A DNA stretch of 64,000 nucleotides from Gracilinanus agilis (lineage: Eukaryota), in NCBI RefSeq assembly GCF_016433145.1, contig NC_058133.1:236940105-237004104 (forward strand), read 5' to 3'. The notes beneath the pieces were generated by a model. The model ran no database searches. It saw only the letters and a program-made list of their open reading frames with translations, and had not been told where the DNA came from. The number at the start of each line of letters is the position of its first letter. Position 1 is the first letter of the stretch. A program made the translations under genes and the position numbers. Below, one piece after another: positions 12,478 through 25,280 of this stretch.

Positions 12478-12781
12478 CCCGAGACGGCGTCGCCGCAGCC
12501 GTTCTCGAAGCAGGAGTCGCTCCAGATCCCGAAGCCGATCTCGTTACAGCCGGTCCAAGTCTCGTTCTCGTACTCGATCCAGATCTCGATCTACCTCCAA
12601 GTCCAGGTCTGCCCGGAGATCCAAATCCAAGTCTTCGTCGGTCTCCAGATCTCGGTCCAGGTCCAGATCCAGGTCTAGATCCAGAAGTCCTCCGCCGGTA
12701 TCGAAGAGGGAATCAAAGTCTAGATCTCGATCCAAGAGCCCCCCCAAGTCTCCCGAAGAGGAAGGAGCAGTTTCTTCTTAG
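12478..12781 (+). CDS. SRSF2: SRSF2 coding exon 2: RS domain; total CDS 666 nt = 221 aa
   Basis: TAG acceptor 12475-12477, RSRS repeats, ends [11 protein letters not shown]; next donor GT at 12789. Confidence 0.99.
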
Positions 12782-13079
12782 GATAATGGTAATGTCTACC
12801 AGGATCCAAGGTTTATCTCCTAAACCGGGAGACAGATTTACACAATAGCACTTAAGTGGGGTTTGGAATAGTTTAAGCCGATTGACCTAAAATAAACTTC
12901 TTGTGTTAGGAGTTATACTTACTCAGCTCTGGGAGTAATATCAAAGCCAGGGTTCTGCAGAAAAGATAGTATGTTTATTTAGATATTAATGGCTATTGCT
13001 TAAACTGTTAAGAGACCTATTAATGAAAGTGATTATTTCTTGCTGTTTTTATCCAACATCTGCATTTTCCCCTTTAAAG

Positions 13080-13225
13080 CTGCGGNNNNNNNNNNNNNNN
13101 NNNNNNNNNNNNNNNNNNNNNNNNNNNNNNNNNNNNNNNNNNNNNNNNNNNNNNNNNNNNNNNNNNNNNNNNNNNNNNNNNNNNNNNNNNNNNNNNNNNN
13201 NNNNNNNNNNNNNNNNNNNNNNNNN
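13080..13225 (+). other. SRSF2: SRSF2 3' UTR alternative (poison) cassette exon; only the acceptor and first 6 nt are visible, the rest is N-masked
   Basis: CTGCATTTTCCCCTTTAAAG|CTGCGG matches my recollection of the human SC35 alternative-exon acceptor. N-run 13086-13225. Confidence 0.7.
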
Positions 13226-13789
13226 GAAATTCATCAGTTTCTGTACTGACTGGGAATTTTAAGGATTTGGCAAGTATTTCTTAAGCACCAAATTTGGGGG
13301 TGGGGATAAAATTGAATACAGGGTGGGAAAGGATAGTGTGTCTTTAACTCCTCAAATCATTTGGTCCTGTTTTTAAAAGTAAAGGGGCCTGAGTAGCTAA
13401 GATTTAAAGCCAAGTGTTCATTAAGTGGCTTTTAAGGTTCTCCCACATAATGCAAAATAACTTAATCACTATTAAAGAGCCTAGGTTCAAGGTGTAAAAG
13501 ATGGTTTAAATACAGCCTTTTTCATCTCTTCTCTTTTTTGTTTTTTAGTTGGTTGTCAAGGAAGTTTTAAAAAGCAAGACTTCCTTTAAATTTATGCTGA
13601 CAGTTTTTTTTTAATAACTCACATTTTTAGGCTATGTGGGTGGTTGTAGAGCATTATAGCTTTCTAAAATTTCACTACATTTTTTAGTAAGGCCATCTCA
13701 AGATAAGGAGGAACTTGCCTGAAGTTAACCACTTTGCTAGGTTGTCTGTATATGGAAAGTTGGCTGAATTTCTTTCTTTTCAAATCTAG

Positions 13790-14840
13790 ATACGGCTGAA
13801 AGCAACATAATGGATGACTTGGGGGGAAAAGACCACATTCAGTCCATTGAAGAGTCCCTGGAACAAGCAACTGGCTATTGAAAAGGTTATTTTGTAACAT
13901 TTTGTCTAACTTTTTAACTTGTTTTAAGCTGCCTCAGATGGCAAGCTTCATTTTATGTGCCATTTTGTTGCTGTTATTCAAATTTCTTGTAATTTAGTGA
14001 AGTGAACGACTACAGATTTCATTATTGGCTTTGGATATTTGAGGTAAATTTTCACTTTTGTTTTATATAGTGCTGATTTTTGTTTGAAATTAAACAGACT
14101 CCTCCCATAACCTAATTTGTGGCCTCTTGAGTTTTGAGGAAACATGCAGCCATTACATGCTGAATAGCCTAATGCTATCAAGAGAAGTTAACTCAACATT
14201 GCCTTCATTCCTTTAAAAAAATCTACAAAACCTTGGTGTAAATTTATTTGTAAAATACTGACTACTTTCAGATACCAAATAGTATCTGAATCCAAATTTG
14301 TATAAGACTTTTCAGGTGACAAGACTTAATTTTTGANNNNNNNNNNNNNNNNNNNNNNNNNNNNNNNNNNNNNNNNNNNNNNNNNNNNNNNNNNNNNNNN
14401 NNNNNNNNNNNNNNNNNNNNNNNNNNNNNNNNNNNNNNNNNNNNNNNNNNNNNNNNNNNNNNNNNNNNNNNNNNNNNNNNNNNNNNNNNNNNNNNNNNNN
14501 NNNNNNNNNNNNNNNNNNNNNNNNNNNNNNNNNNNNNNNNNNNNNNNNNNNNNNNNNNNNNNNNNNNNNNNNNNNNNNNNNNNNNNNNNNNNNNNNNNNN
14601 NNNNNNNNNNNNNNNNNNNNNNNNNNNNNNNNNNNNNNNNNNNNTTCCCCCCCCCCCCAAAAAAATGGTAAATCTGATCTTCATGTATGAACTTGGCATA
14701 TGAAAAATGTAACATTAAGGAAAGCATTCCTTTGTAAGTACTGATAACATGGTGTATCTTTTGCTTATGATATTCTGTATTATAACCACTGTTTCTGTAG
14801 TTTACAATTAAAACATTTTTCTTGATGTTAGCTTTTCTCT
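13790..14840 (+). other. SRSF2: SRSF2 terminal 3' UTR exon with an internal alternative-intron donor (GAG|GTAAAT at 14044)
   Basis: Acceptor TTCTTTCTTTTCAAATCTAG at 13789. Long blocks resemble the recalled human 3' UTR (GGAACAAGCAACTGGCTATTGAAAAGGTTATTTTGTAAC). N-run 14337-14644. Confidence 0.85.
14807..14812 (+). terminator. SRSF2: SRSF2 polyadenylation signal ATTAAA
   Basis: ATTAAA followed by a U/GU-rich tract and poly-T, at the end of the conserved 3' UTR. Confidence 0.75.
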
Positions 14841-15207
14841 AAACTCAATGTCTTGGTCTTTTTTTTTTTTTTTTTTTTTTAAAGTTTAAAAGACCTATGC
14901 AACTAACCTGTGAATGTCATTATTGACTGTACTCAAAATTAATTTTTTTGATTTTATTTTTTTTAACTGAGCCTTTTTTCCCCCTTGAGGTTAAAATTGG
15001 GTACTAATGCTAATTTGGCATATACCCAAGTTAATTACTAAAATCTGGGCACCAAAAGTGTCAACAGCTCCTGCATTGGCCATTTATATTTTTCACCTGT
15101 TAAAAAGGTGAAAGTCACCAAGTACTTACCTAATAATTCTTGGGTCTAAAGATCTAATTCTTAAGTAAAATTTTATGGTGGTTGCATGCTTTGGTTTATA
15201 CTAAAGC

Positions 15208-15213
15208 TTTATT
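15208..15213 (-). terminator. METTL23: Probable METTL23 polyadenylation signal AATAAA
   Basis: First minus-strand AATAAA I found, about 220 nt past the stop at 15431. Confidence 0.55.
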
Positions 15214-15430
15214 TTACTGAGCCAAGTGAATAAACAAAAAAATGATTAGGGTTTTTTCTTTTTTTCCTTTTTTTTTTTTTTTTAAACAATACTCTGCAAG
15301 TTATTCCTGGTTCCTACTGAGAAGGGTGGGCTTGTTAGTGGCTTTACTATGCAGCAGCAAGCACACTAAACAGAATTGTGATGTTGAAAAGAAGCATGTA
15401 GGACTTAATTGCTGGAGATATAGGAACACT

Positions 15431-15596
15431 TCAGAGGACATTCTTTGCCAAAGAAATGATCATCATTTCAACAGTATGTCTTCCTGGAAGGGCAGATTCT
15501 GCTAGATGTTCTCTGTCGGCACCAAAAGACTCCAGAGGAATATGGATGCATTGCAGCTCCCACTTGTAGAGCAAAGCTTCAAGTGAACACTCAGCA
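15431..15596 (-). CDS. METTL23: METTL23 last coding exon (S-AECSLEALLYKWELQCIHIPLESF...ISLAKNVL*)
   Basis: AG acceptor 15597-15598, 166 nt to TGA, phase 2. Confidence 0.95.
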
Positions 15597-15860
15597 CTAA
15601 AGAAAATAAAGGTTTTTCTTAACAATGCAGTTGAGTCCCCCCTTCAATCATTAATTTTTTTCCTTCACTAACATGGCTACCATATGATTTGTTTATCAAC
15701 TTTGGGAGTGCTTTTCTTAAGTTTTATTTACATTTAGAATAAATAATGTTCTAGTTTGTGCCTAGATTGCACAGTGATACTTAAATGCAAAGCTGCAGTG
15801 GTTTGTATGCAGACCAAGAATAAATTATAATTAATGATACACACTTGTTTTCTAGGTTAC

Positions 15861-15945
15861 CTTCTAACTTGGTAAGTAGTCCACACCTGAGCGTGAGGGT
15901 TCCTTTGTACTAGGTAGTACACTGTAGTTAAAATATCTTCAAAAT
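15861..15945 (-). CDS. METTL23: METTL23 coding exon 4 (D-FEDILTTVYYLVQRNPHAQVWTTYQVR-S)
   Basis: CAG/GTAAC bounded 85-nt exon, in frame; absent from the ORF track. Confidence 0.93.
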
Positions 15946-16095
15946 CTGTAGAAACAGGTTAGTGAATAAAGGTTTGCTTTTTCCTACTACAAAATATGAA
16001 TTTTAAATTTTATCAAATGATTCCCTGAAATACTTCTGATTTATCTTGAAGGAATGCTTAAAAGTAAATCCCTGAAGTCAATAAATTAAGCTTAC

Positions 16096-16333
16096 CTTCT
16101 GGTTCAAAAAATACATCAGAGGCCAGAATGATGTCCAAGGGAGGTAGAGCCAATAACTCTGGTGAAATCTGGCCCCAGGTGAGTCCAGTAATAGGTATAT
16201 TGGGTAGATCATTCATTTGGCAGCTTTGCAGACAATTTTCCAGACAATGAGGTAACTCTGAGCTATCAGACAGTATTACCATAGCACCACATTTTGCTGC
16301 TACTATCCCAGGAAGACTCACCCCTGCTCCAAT
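16096..16333 (-). CDS. METTL23: METTL23 coding exon 3 (IGAGVSLPG...ILSD...LTWG...IILASDVFFEPE): SAM-binding motif I, post-I and motif II
   Basis: AG/GTAAG bounded 238-nt exon. LE|IGAG motif of seven-beta-strand (MTF16-family) methyltransferases. Confidence 0.97.
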
Positions 16334-17095
16334 CTAAAATAGCAAACAGTATTAAGTTTTCTATGAAAAATGCACATGTGTATATACATAATAAAAGTAA
16401 TGAAAAGTGCTAAATTTTTTATGCAAAGAACAAGTAAATGTCACCAAGTAGTTTTGCAATCTATATCACTGAATAAGGGTAAAACTGTCAGTGGCCAAGA
16501 TTTGCCCGGTATAGAGGCAATTACTGGGCTGGCCTCAGGTCATAAAGCCAACAAGACTTGTCTGGGGAAATCCAGTAGATGCTGTTTCTGATGGAGCTTT
16601 TAACAACAAATGATGGCTTGTACCAAAGTATATGGGAAATGCAAAGGCAAGATTATCTGTGGTTAACACAAAGGGACATCTATGACAATTATAGATTAGT
16701 CCACAATTTTCACTAATTTATGTAACCCAAAGGGAGTAAAATGAAGAAACCTGGAGTATCTACAAAATGGGGTGGCAATGTCAAAATTCATTGGTTATGG
16801 ATTTTAAAATCTGTCAAGATCTTAAAGGAAATTCCTGTATTGTTATGGAACTACCTTTCTAAGATTTTGTGTTTAGGAAATTAAAGTCTTAATCAAAAAC
16901 CATATTTTAAAGGTCCAAATTCTTGATCCCAACATTTTAAACAAGTTGCTTACATTCTATTGAGAGCTGTTAAGTTTAAGGTTTTTAGGGGAGGTCCTAA
17001 CATTTTTAAAAGAATTGGGAAATTCCTCGTGTAGTCACACTTGCACTGATTTTTTTGAAGGAAACTAGATTTTTAAGAACTTGAGCAACTTTTAC

Positions 17096-17200
17096 CTCTA
17101 ATACAGTTTTGCCAGTCAGATTTCTTCTATAATACCATAGGTATTGAGCCAATACCACAGCACAAGGCCAAATGTACATGCCATATTGGAAATGCAGAAC
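17096..17200 (-). CDS. METTL23: METTL23 coding exon 2 (VLHFQYGMYIWPCAVVLAQYLWYYRRNLTGKTVLE); internal Met at 17179 corresponds to the human annotated start
   Basis: TTTTTCAG acceptor, GTAAAA donor, 105 nt, phase 0; G-x-x-x-WP motif of MTF16-family enzymes. Confidence 0.95.
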
Positions 17201-18788
17201 CTGAAAAAGTAAAAACATTTTCACTGATTATGGTCTTCAAGTGAGGTAAAACTGCTTAATAATCATTGCTTATGTTAAAACACCTGACTCGATATTCCAT
17301 TTTCATTTAAGGGGGAAAACTTAGGACAGGCAACTGTAGAAAGAGCCTAGACTACATTCAAAAAGCTTGTGATCTAAGCTTATTTGTTGGTGGTGAGGTG
17401 AATAGAGAACTGGGCCTGGAGTCAGTACAACCTGAGTTCAAATAGAACCTCAGGCATCAGTTGTGATAGCAAAGTAAGGCCAAGTCCTCCCAACTATAAA
17501 TCCTGCACTTTTTCCACTACAGTGTAGTGACTACACCTCACAGGGAGACGCATCCTGGCTAAGTGCATAGTGTGCTAATAAAAATCCTTCCCCTAATTTG
17601 TATTAGCTATGTGACTACTCCCTCAGCTTCAGGAAACTCCTTTTAGACTAAAAAAGTGAGTTGCTACTTTTTACGGTTAAAGTGTTTTCCCCCACAAACC
17701 TGCAAGGTACATAGTGCAGATATCTAATAGGCTGTTATGTGATGTAGGAATAGTTACTAGACCTGGAATCTGGTTTCCTGAACCATAAAATTAGGATAAT
17801 ATACATACCTCTCAAGGCTGTAATGATAAAATGAAATGTAAAGTGTTAGCCAAACCTTTAAAAAAGCTGCATAAATGCTATTAAGTATTATCATTAAGTT
17901 AAAGATACTGGGGAGACAACAAAAATGAAACTCCTTAACCAAGGAACTTATGTGGGGGGAAGGGGGATGCCACTAAATATGTAAGCTATTTCAGGAAGAG
18001 TAGCTGAGGATGAGGATGGGATGGTGCTTGAACAGTTTTAAAGGAATGCATTTCAAACATGGGGCTTGAAAGCATGGAGAGGGGTAATGGGATGATGAGG
18101 AAACCAGCTAAGCACTTTAAGGACTTGTCATGGGTCAAAAATCCCTTCCAGTACCTTTATCCTATTGAATTGTTGAGGGAATGGATAAAATCCCAAGCTA
18201 TAGTAATATGACTTGACCACACCTATTGATTAAGGAGGGTGTATCAAGTCTAACAGATCTGAGGACATATTCAGGAAAGCTAAACAGGTACATCAGTTTC
18301 AGGACATGCGATTTTTGCCTACGTGACAGCACTCAACAGGATTAGAGACCAGGACTAAGAATCATAGGCTTGGGGCTGTATGGAACCTAAGGATTATAGA
18401 TTTAAGAGCTGTATGGGACCTTTAAAGTCATGTAGTTCACCCTCCCTGCCTTCTTATTTTACATGTGAGGAAACCCCGGCTCAGGGGGATTTAATGGCTT
18501 GCCCAAGGCAATACAGCTAGAATGCTACAGGGTTGCCATTCAAACTCAATCCCTCCATTCCAAAGCTCCTTCCTTCTACTGTACCACACAGGCCCCAAAA
18601 ATGACCTTGTCATTAGATACCTAAACTCCCTCTTCAAAGAGCACTTAGCCTGCCACCAACAGAGACCTTTCCAGGGATATGTGGGTCAATTTAATTCCAG
18701 AAAGCAATCCAACTAGTACGCTGACCCACACAAAGTAATAGTATGGAGGTGGAGAATGTACTGCCTTTTATCTCGCCAGCCTACCCAC

Positions 18789-18908
18789 CTGGGGAATGTG
18801 AACCTCCAGCACCGCCCTTTTCCCTCCTGGTTCTGGCTCCTCAGAAAACCGGAACCGCTGGGTCCGAACCACAGGTTCTTCCATGGATGTAGCCTCTTGA
18901 TGAGCCAT
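18789..18908 (-). CDS. METTL23: METTL23 coding exon 1 (MAHQEATSMEEPVVRTQRFRFSEEPEPGGKRAVLEVHIPQ); full protein 237 aa
   Basis: ATG at 18908 in GATATGG context, in-frame TAA 12 codons upstream, CAG|GTGGGT donor, phase 0 joins exon 2. Resembles recalled mouse TQLFRFREEPVPGGNRAVLEVRVPQ. Confidence 0.88.
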
Positions 18909-19666
18909 ATCTGAGGCACTCAGAGGAGAGCCAATACCCCTTTAAACGCGGCAGAAAACTCTCAAGAACTGGAGGTGGAGCAGAAAATCGAACAACCAAA
19001 ACGGGGCCTCTAAATGTGAACCTTGGGGCCACGTGGCTTAGGCACCCACGTGTCAGTTACTCCCAAACCTCCCCACCCCGAAAAAAGGTCATTAGCTTGG
19101 CCACAATTCCTTCTGGGTTTTGGTCTCCTAAGTACAGAATAAGTTAAAAGACAAAAAAGAACAAGCGACTGGGCGGAAAAGGAATCAAAACCAGATCAAG
19201 ATTATTTGAACTAGGTTAAGGACAGTCGAAAACAAAAAGATGTGGAGCGGAAATGGATAGCTGAGACCGGAAGCAAGAGTGAGGCTAAGGTAGGACAGTT
19301 TCACGGCTCCGTACGCTGTTTCTTTCAATTTGACCTTCTCAACATGGCGGTGGAACCACTGGTCAGAGGGCGTGCCTCGAAGGCGCCACGACCAATGAGC
19401 GGTTCCCTACGGCTTGTGGGTGGTGCCTGGAGGGGGGGGGGCCTCGTTCCGCCAATCCGAAGCTCAAGGAAGGGGAGGTGCTAGTGAACTGAATTTTCTG
19501 GAAGGTACATTTAAAGGAGCCGGTGGAAAAGGAGAGCTATCTGTTTCTCTTTGCTCTTTTTTTCCCCTTACGGGGTAGGGGGTGGATCGCAGAGCCTTCG
19601 GGAGCTCATTGAGCGAGGCGAGGACGTAGCAGAGAAGGGCGAAGGCCGACCGGAGCCTCCTGCAGG
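18909..19666. promoter_or_regulatory. Bidirectional promoter of METTL23/JMJD6 (CpG island extends to about 20650)
   Basis: 758 nt between divergent ATGs. E-boxes CACGTG 19030-19035 and 19047-19052, ETS CCGGAAG 19267-19273, YY1 AACATGGCGG 19341-19350, CCAAT 19392-19396 and 19452-19456. Confidence 0.85.
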
Positions 19667-19795
19667 ATGAACCACAAGAGCAAGAAGCGGATTCGGGAGG
19701 CTAAGCGCAGCGCGCGGCCCGAGCTGAAAGACTCTCTGGACTGGACCCGGCACAACTACTTCGAGAGCTTCTCGCTGAACCCAGCCTCAGTGGTG
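19667..19795 (+). CDS. JMJD6: JMJD6 coding exon 1 ([43 protein letters not shown])
   Basis: Diagnostic N-terminus; 129 nt; GTGAGT donor. Confidence 0.98.
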
Positions 19796-20274
19796 GTGAG
19801 TGCGGCCGAGATCCGGTGGGGGTTCCGCAGCAACCCGAGGCCCGGCACTGTGTCTGGGGCGGAGCCCGCTTGTCCGGGCAGAGGGCTGCCCGGACTCTCA
19901 AATCCCCCCTCCCCCCTCCCCAGGTCCGCGACGGAGGTGCGTGGTGCTGGATCCGCCAGGGGCCCATGCCTCGGGGGCGGCCTTGAGGAAGACGAGCTAG
20001 CCTGGGGACCTCTACTTCCTGCCGGACAATTTGACTGGGAGGGGAGTGGCAGACCCTGCTGACAAGGGTCTCTGCATCCCACGTGGGAGAGAGAGCCCTA
20101 ATACACCTTGGGGGAGGGGGTAAGGAGACCCCGGTGGGTAGACTTCCTCCCAGAAGCCGAGATCTGTGACCACTCACCTGAGTCAGGGATAATCAGCCAC
20201 CCGGGGGGGGGGGGGAATACCCGCATTTTGCCAACCTTTTTTCTCCTCTCGCTTAACCGCAGTGTCTGTTGTAA

Positions 20275-20673
<399 letters not shown>

Positions 20674-22276
20674 TAGACTACCCAGTTTTCAATATACTGG
20701 TAGTTTTTATTAGGTAACTAAAATCTTATTACCACTATAGTTTTTCATAGTTGCCAGGAGCTTAATTTGGCCATTTTCAACCCATTACCAGAACAGTTGA
20801 CAAACATCAGTATTGACCAGGCTTCATCTGTCTTCTATTTATCTTGCCTCCACTCAAACAGGTAAATTAACTGCTAAGTATACTAGCAACCATGGTAGAA
20901 AGAAAGCTGATTAAAATAAAATTCCAAGTGAATAATTAGATTGATTATTTAAAGTTGACTGTCTTTAACCTTTAAATTCGTCAAATATTTACTAAATGCT
21001 TTCCAGTATACAACTCTGTTAAGAGTGGTATTTTGTTTGTTTTAGGTGGTAGGGGGATAAAGATCAGTAAGGGAGGGGGTTGGTTGAGATAGGATTGTAG
21101 ATTTGAAGTTGAAAGGGATCTTATTTTATAGATTATAGAGATCCTCTAATCCACCCTCCTTTATATATAGTGAAGAAATTGGCATCCAAAGGATTAAACT
21201 GATTTACCCTTACACAGGCAGTAAATTGCAAAGTTGGGATTTGAACCAGGAACTCTGAATTTGGTTTAGTATATCATTTATTCTATTTATTATATATGAC
21301 TAAAGAGATTTACCTATTTTGGGAGTGTTTTCTTTAAAAGAAAACTCCTTGATTAGCTATGCTTTTTTTCAACATTAGGGACAGATCATATAACATAAAG
21401 CCTTAAGAATCTAAATAAACCACCCATCTTAGGGTATAAAATTATGAGAAGGAAAGGAAAAATTAACTTTAAAACCTTCTTTGCAAGAGTGAGATGTCTA
21501 GGGTATTATCCTAGAGGACAAGTGGGGATTTTGTCTCTGATTTGAGTTTCAGTACTATCCCTAAATGGAAGCACAGGCTAATTTTGGACCTTATCTAGAG
21601 GAAACCCTTAAGCGTACTCTGCTTCTGGCATATACTTGTTTTGTGATCCTGGCCTAGTCATTTAAGACTGTAAGCTGCAGAGAAGGTGCTGACTTTCTTT
21701 GGTAGAAGTTTCCTCTGTGGGGAGTTCATTATAACAATGAAATCCTAGGTGTAGTCCCTGTCATAGGAGAGAATTGGGAGTGTGTCTCCTTTAAAGTCAG
21801 TGTCTTAAGGCTCTTCTTTTATTTTTTACTTCAATGTAATGATTAGGAATAATTTTATTCATTTAAATTATCTGAATATTCAGTATTTTATAGACTTTGG
21901 TCTTTGTTCTATCCAGCTATTTTTTCTTCTAAGCATAACTTGTTCAGTTATTTTGGGAGATACTGTTTTAAATTTATATCTTTGATCTCCCCTAGATTTG
22001 GAAGCTCCTTGAAAACAAAGACCATATTTTACCTCCTCTTCTTTAGTGTCTTGCTTCCCAGTTGGCTCTCATATTTGAATTGTAATTTCCATAGGAGCAA
22101 TGGGAAAAGAGAGATCTTTTAACATTCTTCTCCCCATTCCAGATATTTGGCAAAATTTGGGTAACAGACTACTTTTTACTTCCTGACCTTTAAATGGATA
22201 CTGTTTGTATTTCTGTGTATGTGTGTATATAAATGTTAAGAGATTACAATTTTACACACTGCTCATATTTAGATGA

Positions 22277-22597
<321 letters not shown>

Positions 22598-23636
22598 TGA
22601 AAAAAAATAAAATCACAGGAGGTTCAGCACATCTGAACATGAGCAGATTTAAACAAAATGTAACTTTTTGTTTAAAATGTAAATCCTTATGCACCCATGA
22701 TATAACTGAATGATGAGTTGACTTAGTATTCATTTTTGAAAATATGGGGCACTTAATCTTTGTCTCTGTGAATCAAAGAAAGACCAGTTTAGCCAAGTTT
22801 AGAGAGACTTGCCACTTAGAATAGATTGTGAGCTCCTTAACTGAGAGTAGGAATGATAGCTTTTCTATTTGTATGCCCAGTATGCACATAGTAATTAATA
22901 CTTAATAAATGCTTTTTCTTCATTATCAAGCACATAACCATTTTCCAAACCTGCTGTGATTTTTTGTGTGTGTGTGTGTGTGTGTGTGTTAACTTTCCAT
23001 TATAAGAAGTGCACAGATCAAGAAAGACTTCTTATAATAGAAAGTAACACATGATCTAGCAGCATATAAATAAGTATATATGAGAATTCGAGGAGAGAGC
23101 AAGCATTGACAAAGAGATCAGGAAAGACGAAATAGGAGATAACACATGATCTAGCTTTAAGGGAAGCTTAGGGTTTTAAGAAAGCAGGTAAGAGAGGGAA
23201 TGCCTTCCCTAGGCATTGGGGCATTCTCTACAAAGGCAGTCAAGAGATACAGTGCAAAGAAATTATTTAATTGTGCTTACTGGAAACTGATATTTGTGTA
23301 CAATTTCTTAAGGTAGGTGGGGATGACAAAAAGGGAAAAGATTATTTTTTAAATTTTTTTCAGGACACTTGGGAGGAAATTTCAACCCTTGAAACTAACG
23401 ACTAAGGAGGGTTGCTAAAATATTCTAAATGTGGCGTGAAGACCTAGTGAACTTAACCATTCAAAATAGTTTATATATCTTAGGAATCCCCTTCAGTAAG
23501 AAAGAACTTTATCCATAAGCAAAATTTTATAAGTGACAAGCCAGCAAATCAAAATTCAAGAGTCTGATACAGAAATGGCATCGATGCTTTAGTTAATGTG
23601 ACATCTCTGTTTAATGGATGCACAATGTTTTTTTGA

Positions 23637-23780
<144 letters not shown>

Positions 23781-25034
23781 TGAGAAGTGTTAGATTTTTC
23801 TTTTTGTCATGAACACATTTCTACCGAAAACTAAACAGAAAAAGCCCAGATTTCTGTCCTCATTGCTGAAGTGAAATACATCCATATCGAATAGGCCTGG
23901 GTGAACAGCTGGGACTGCAAGAAAAGTATTTGGGGTTTAAGAGTTTGGGTCCAAAATCAGTTACTTCTAAAGATGTTCGACTAGAATTTTTGTGCATGCT
24001 TAGGATCAGGAATGTATTTTTGGTTTGTTGTTTTTTTTTTTTGTTGTTTTCATTTTATTTTTAAATTAGAACTGGGAAAATGAACTTATAGTTTTTGGGG
24101 TTTTGTTTTTTGTGTTTTTGTTTTTGTTTTTAATTACCAAGAAGCATTATTCCCATTTGAACTATTGCCTTCNNNNNNNNNNNNNNNNNNNNNNNNNNNN
24201 NNNNNNNNNNNNNNNNNNNNNNNNNNNNNNNNNNNNNNNNNNNNNNNNNNNNNNNNNNNNNNNNNNNNNNNNNNNNNNNNNNNNNNNNNNNNNNNNNNNN
24301 NNNNNNNNNNNNAAGAGGGGGATTCTGGCTCACTCAGCCCTCAGCTTCCCTGCTGAGATGGCCAGCAAGGGTGGTGGCTTTTGTTGTTCTTCCTTGGATT
24401 CTTGGGTACCTCAGAGGGCTGAGACCCATTGCCTCTGTTCATATAGGCCACTGCAAGGTGTAATATGGGCTATCCAACCTCCAAAGAGAATGAGATTTTT
24501 GCCATCTACTAATGTGGATATGAAACCAACTTTCCTAAAAATAGAAGGCTCTCTCTTTAGTCCAGTTTTTGAGCTTCCTATGTCCCTGTTCAGTAATTTA
24601 TAATTTTCTAAATGATAACCCCCTCAGTAAAAGGAAGGATACCAATCTGCCACATATAACTCCTTTTTCTTATATGGCTAATTTTCCCTAGTCAAAATTG
24701 AATTTAACCAAATCTATGTCAGGCCTTTAAATGCTGTGCTGTGGAAAGGTGACTTTCATTAAAACAACCAGGAAACCTAATTTCCCTGTGCTTCTTGTTT
24801 TCTTTTTTTAATGCCAAAAAACTTACTCACAAGCATAGTCCATTTGGCTCTTTTCCCTGCAGTGTGAGATAGTGGTGTATGTAGCTGGTCAAGAGAGAAA
24901 TTTCAAAAAAAGTATAAATTTTTGCACTCCAACTTGTGCTTTGGTCTGTGATTTCACCATTGTCAAAAAATGCCCTCTGAAGTAGAGCATACATTGGCAT
25001 TCCTCGGTTCAAGGCGTCTAAGTCTCAACTCTAA

Positions 25035-25280
<246 letters not shown>

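Noticed and set aside
12396-12495. mir-636 ortholog
   Set aside because: The mature 3' arm is absent, so the hairpin is not supported. Recorded as a finding instead.
12544-12747. Antisense ORF with DLDLDRD repeats
   Set aside because: It is the reverse complement of the SRSF2 RS-repeat codons.
12996-14727. ORFs running through N-runs (also 24103-24603)
   Set aside because: Their length comes from X codons. The 24103 frame is also not the phase that exon 4 would deliver.
24827-25012. 61-aa minus-strand ORF in the constrained-looking JMJD6 intron block
   Set aside because: No recognisable homology or splice signals. The block is better explained by plus-strand splicing elements.
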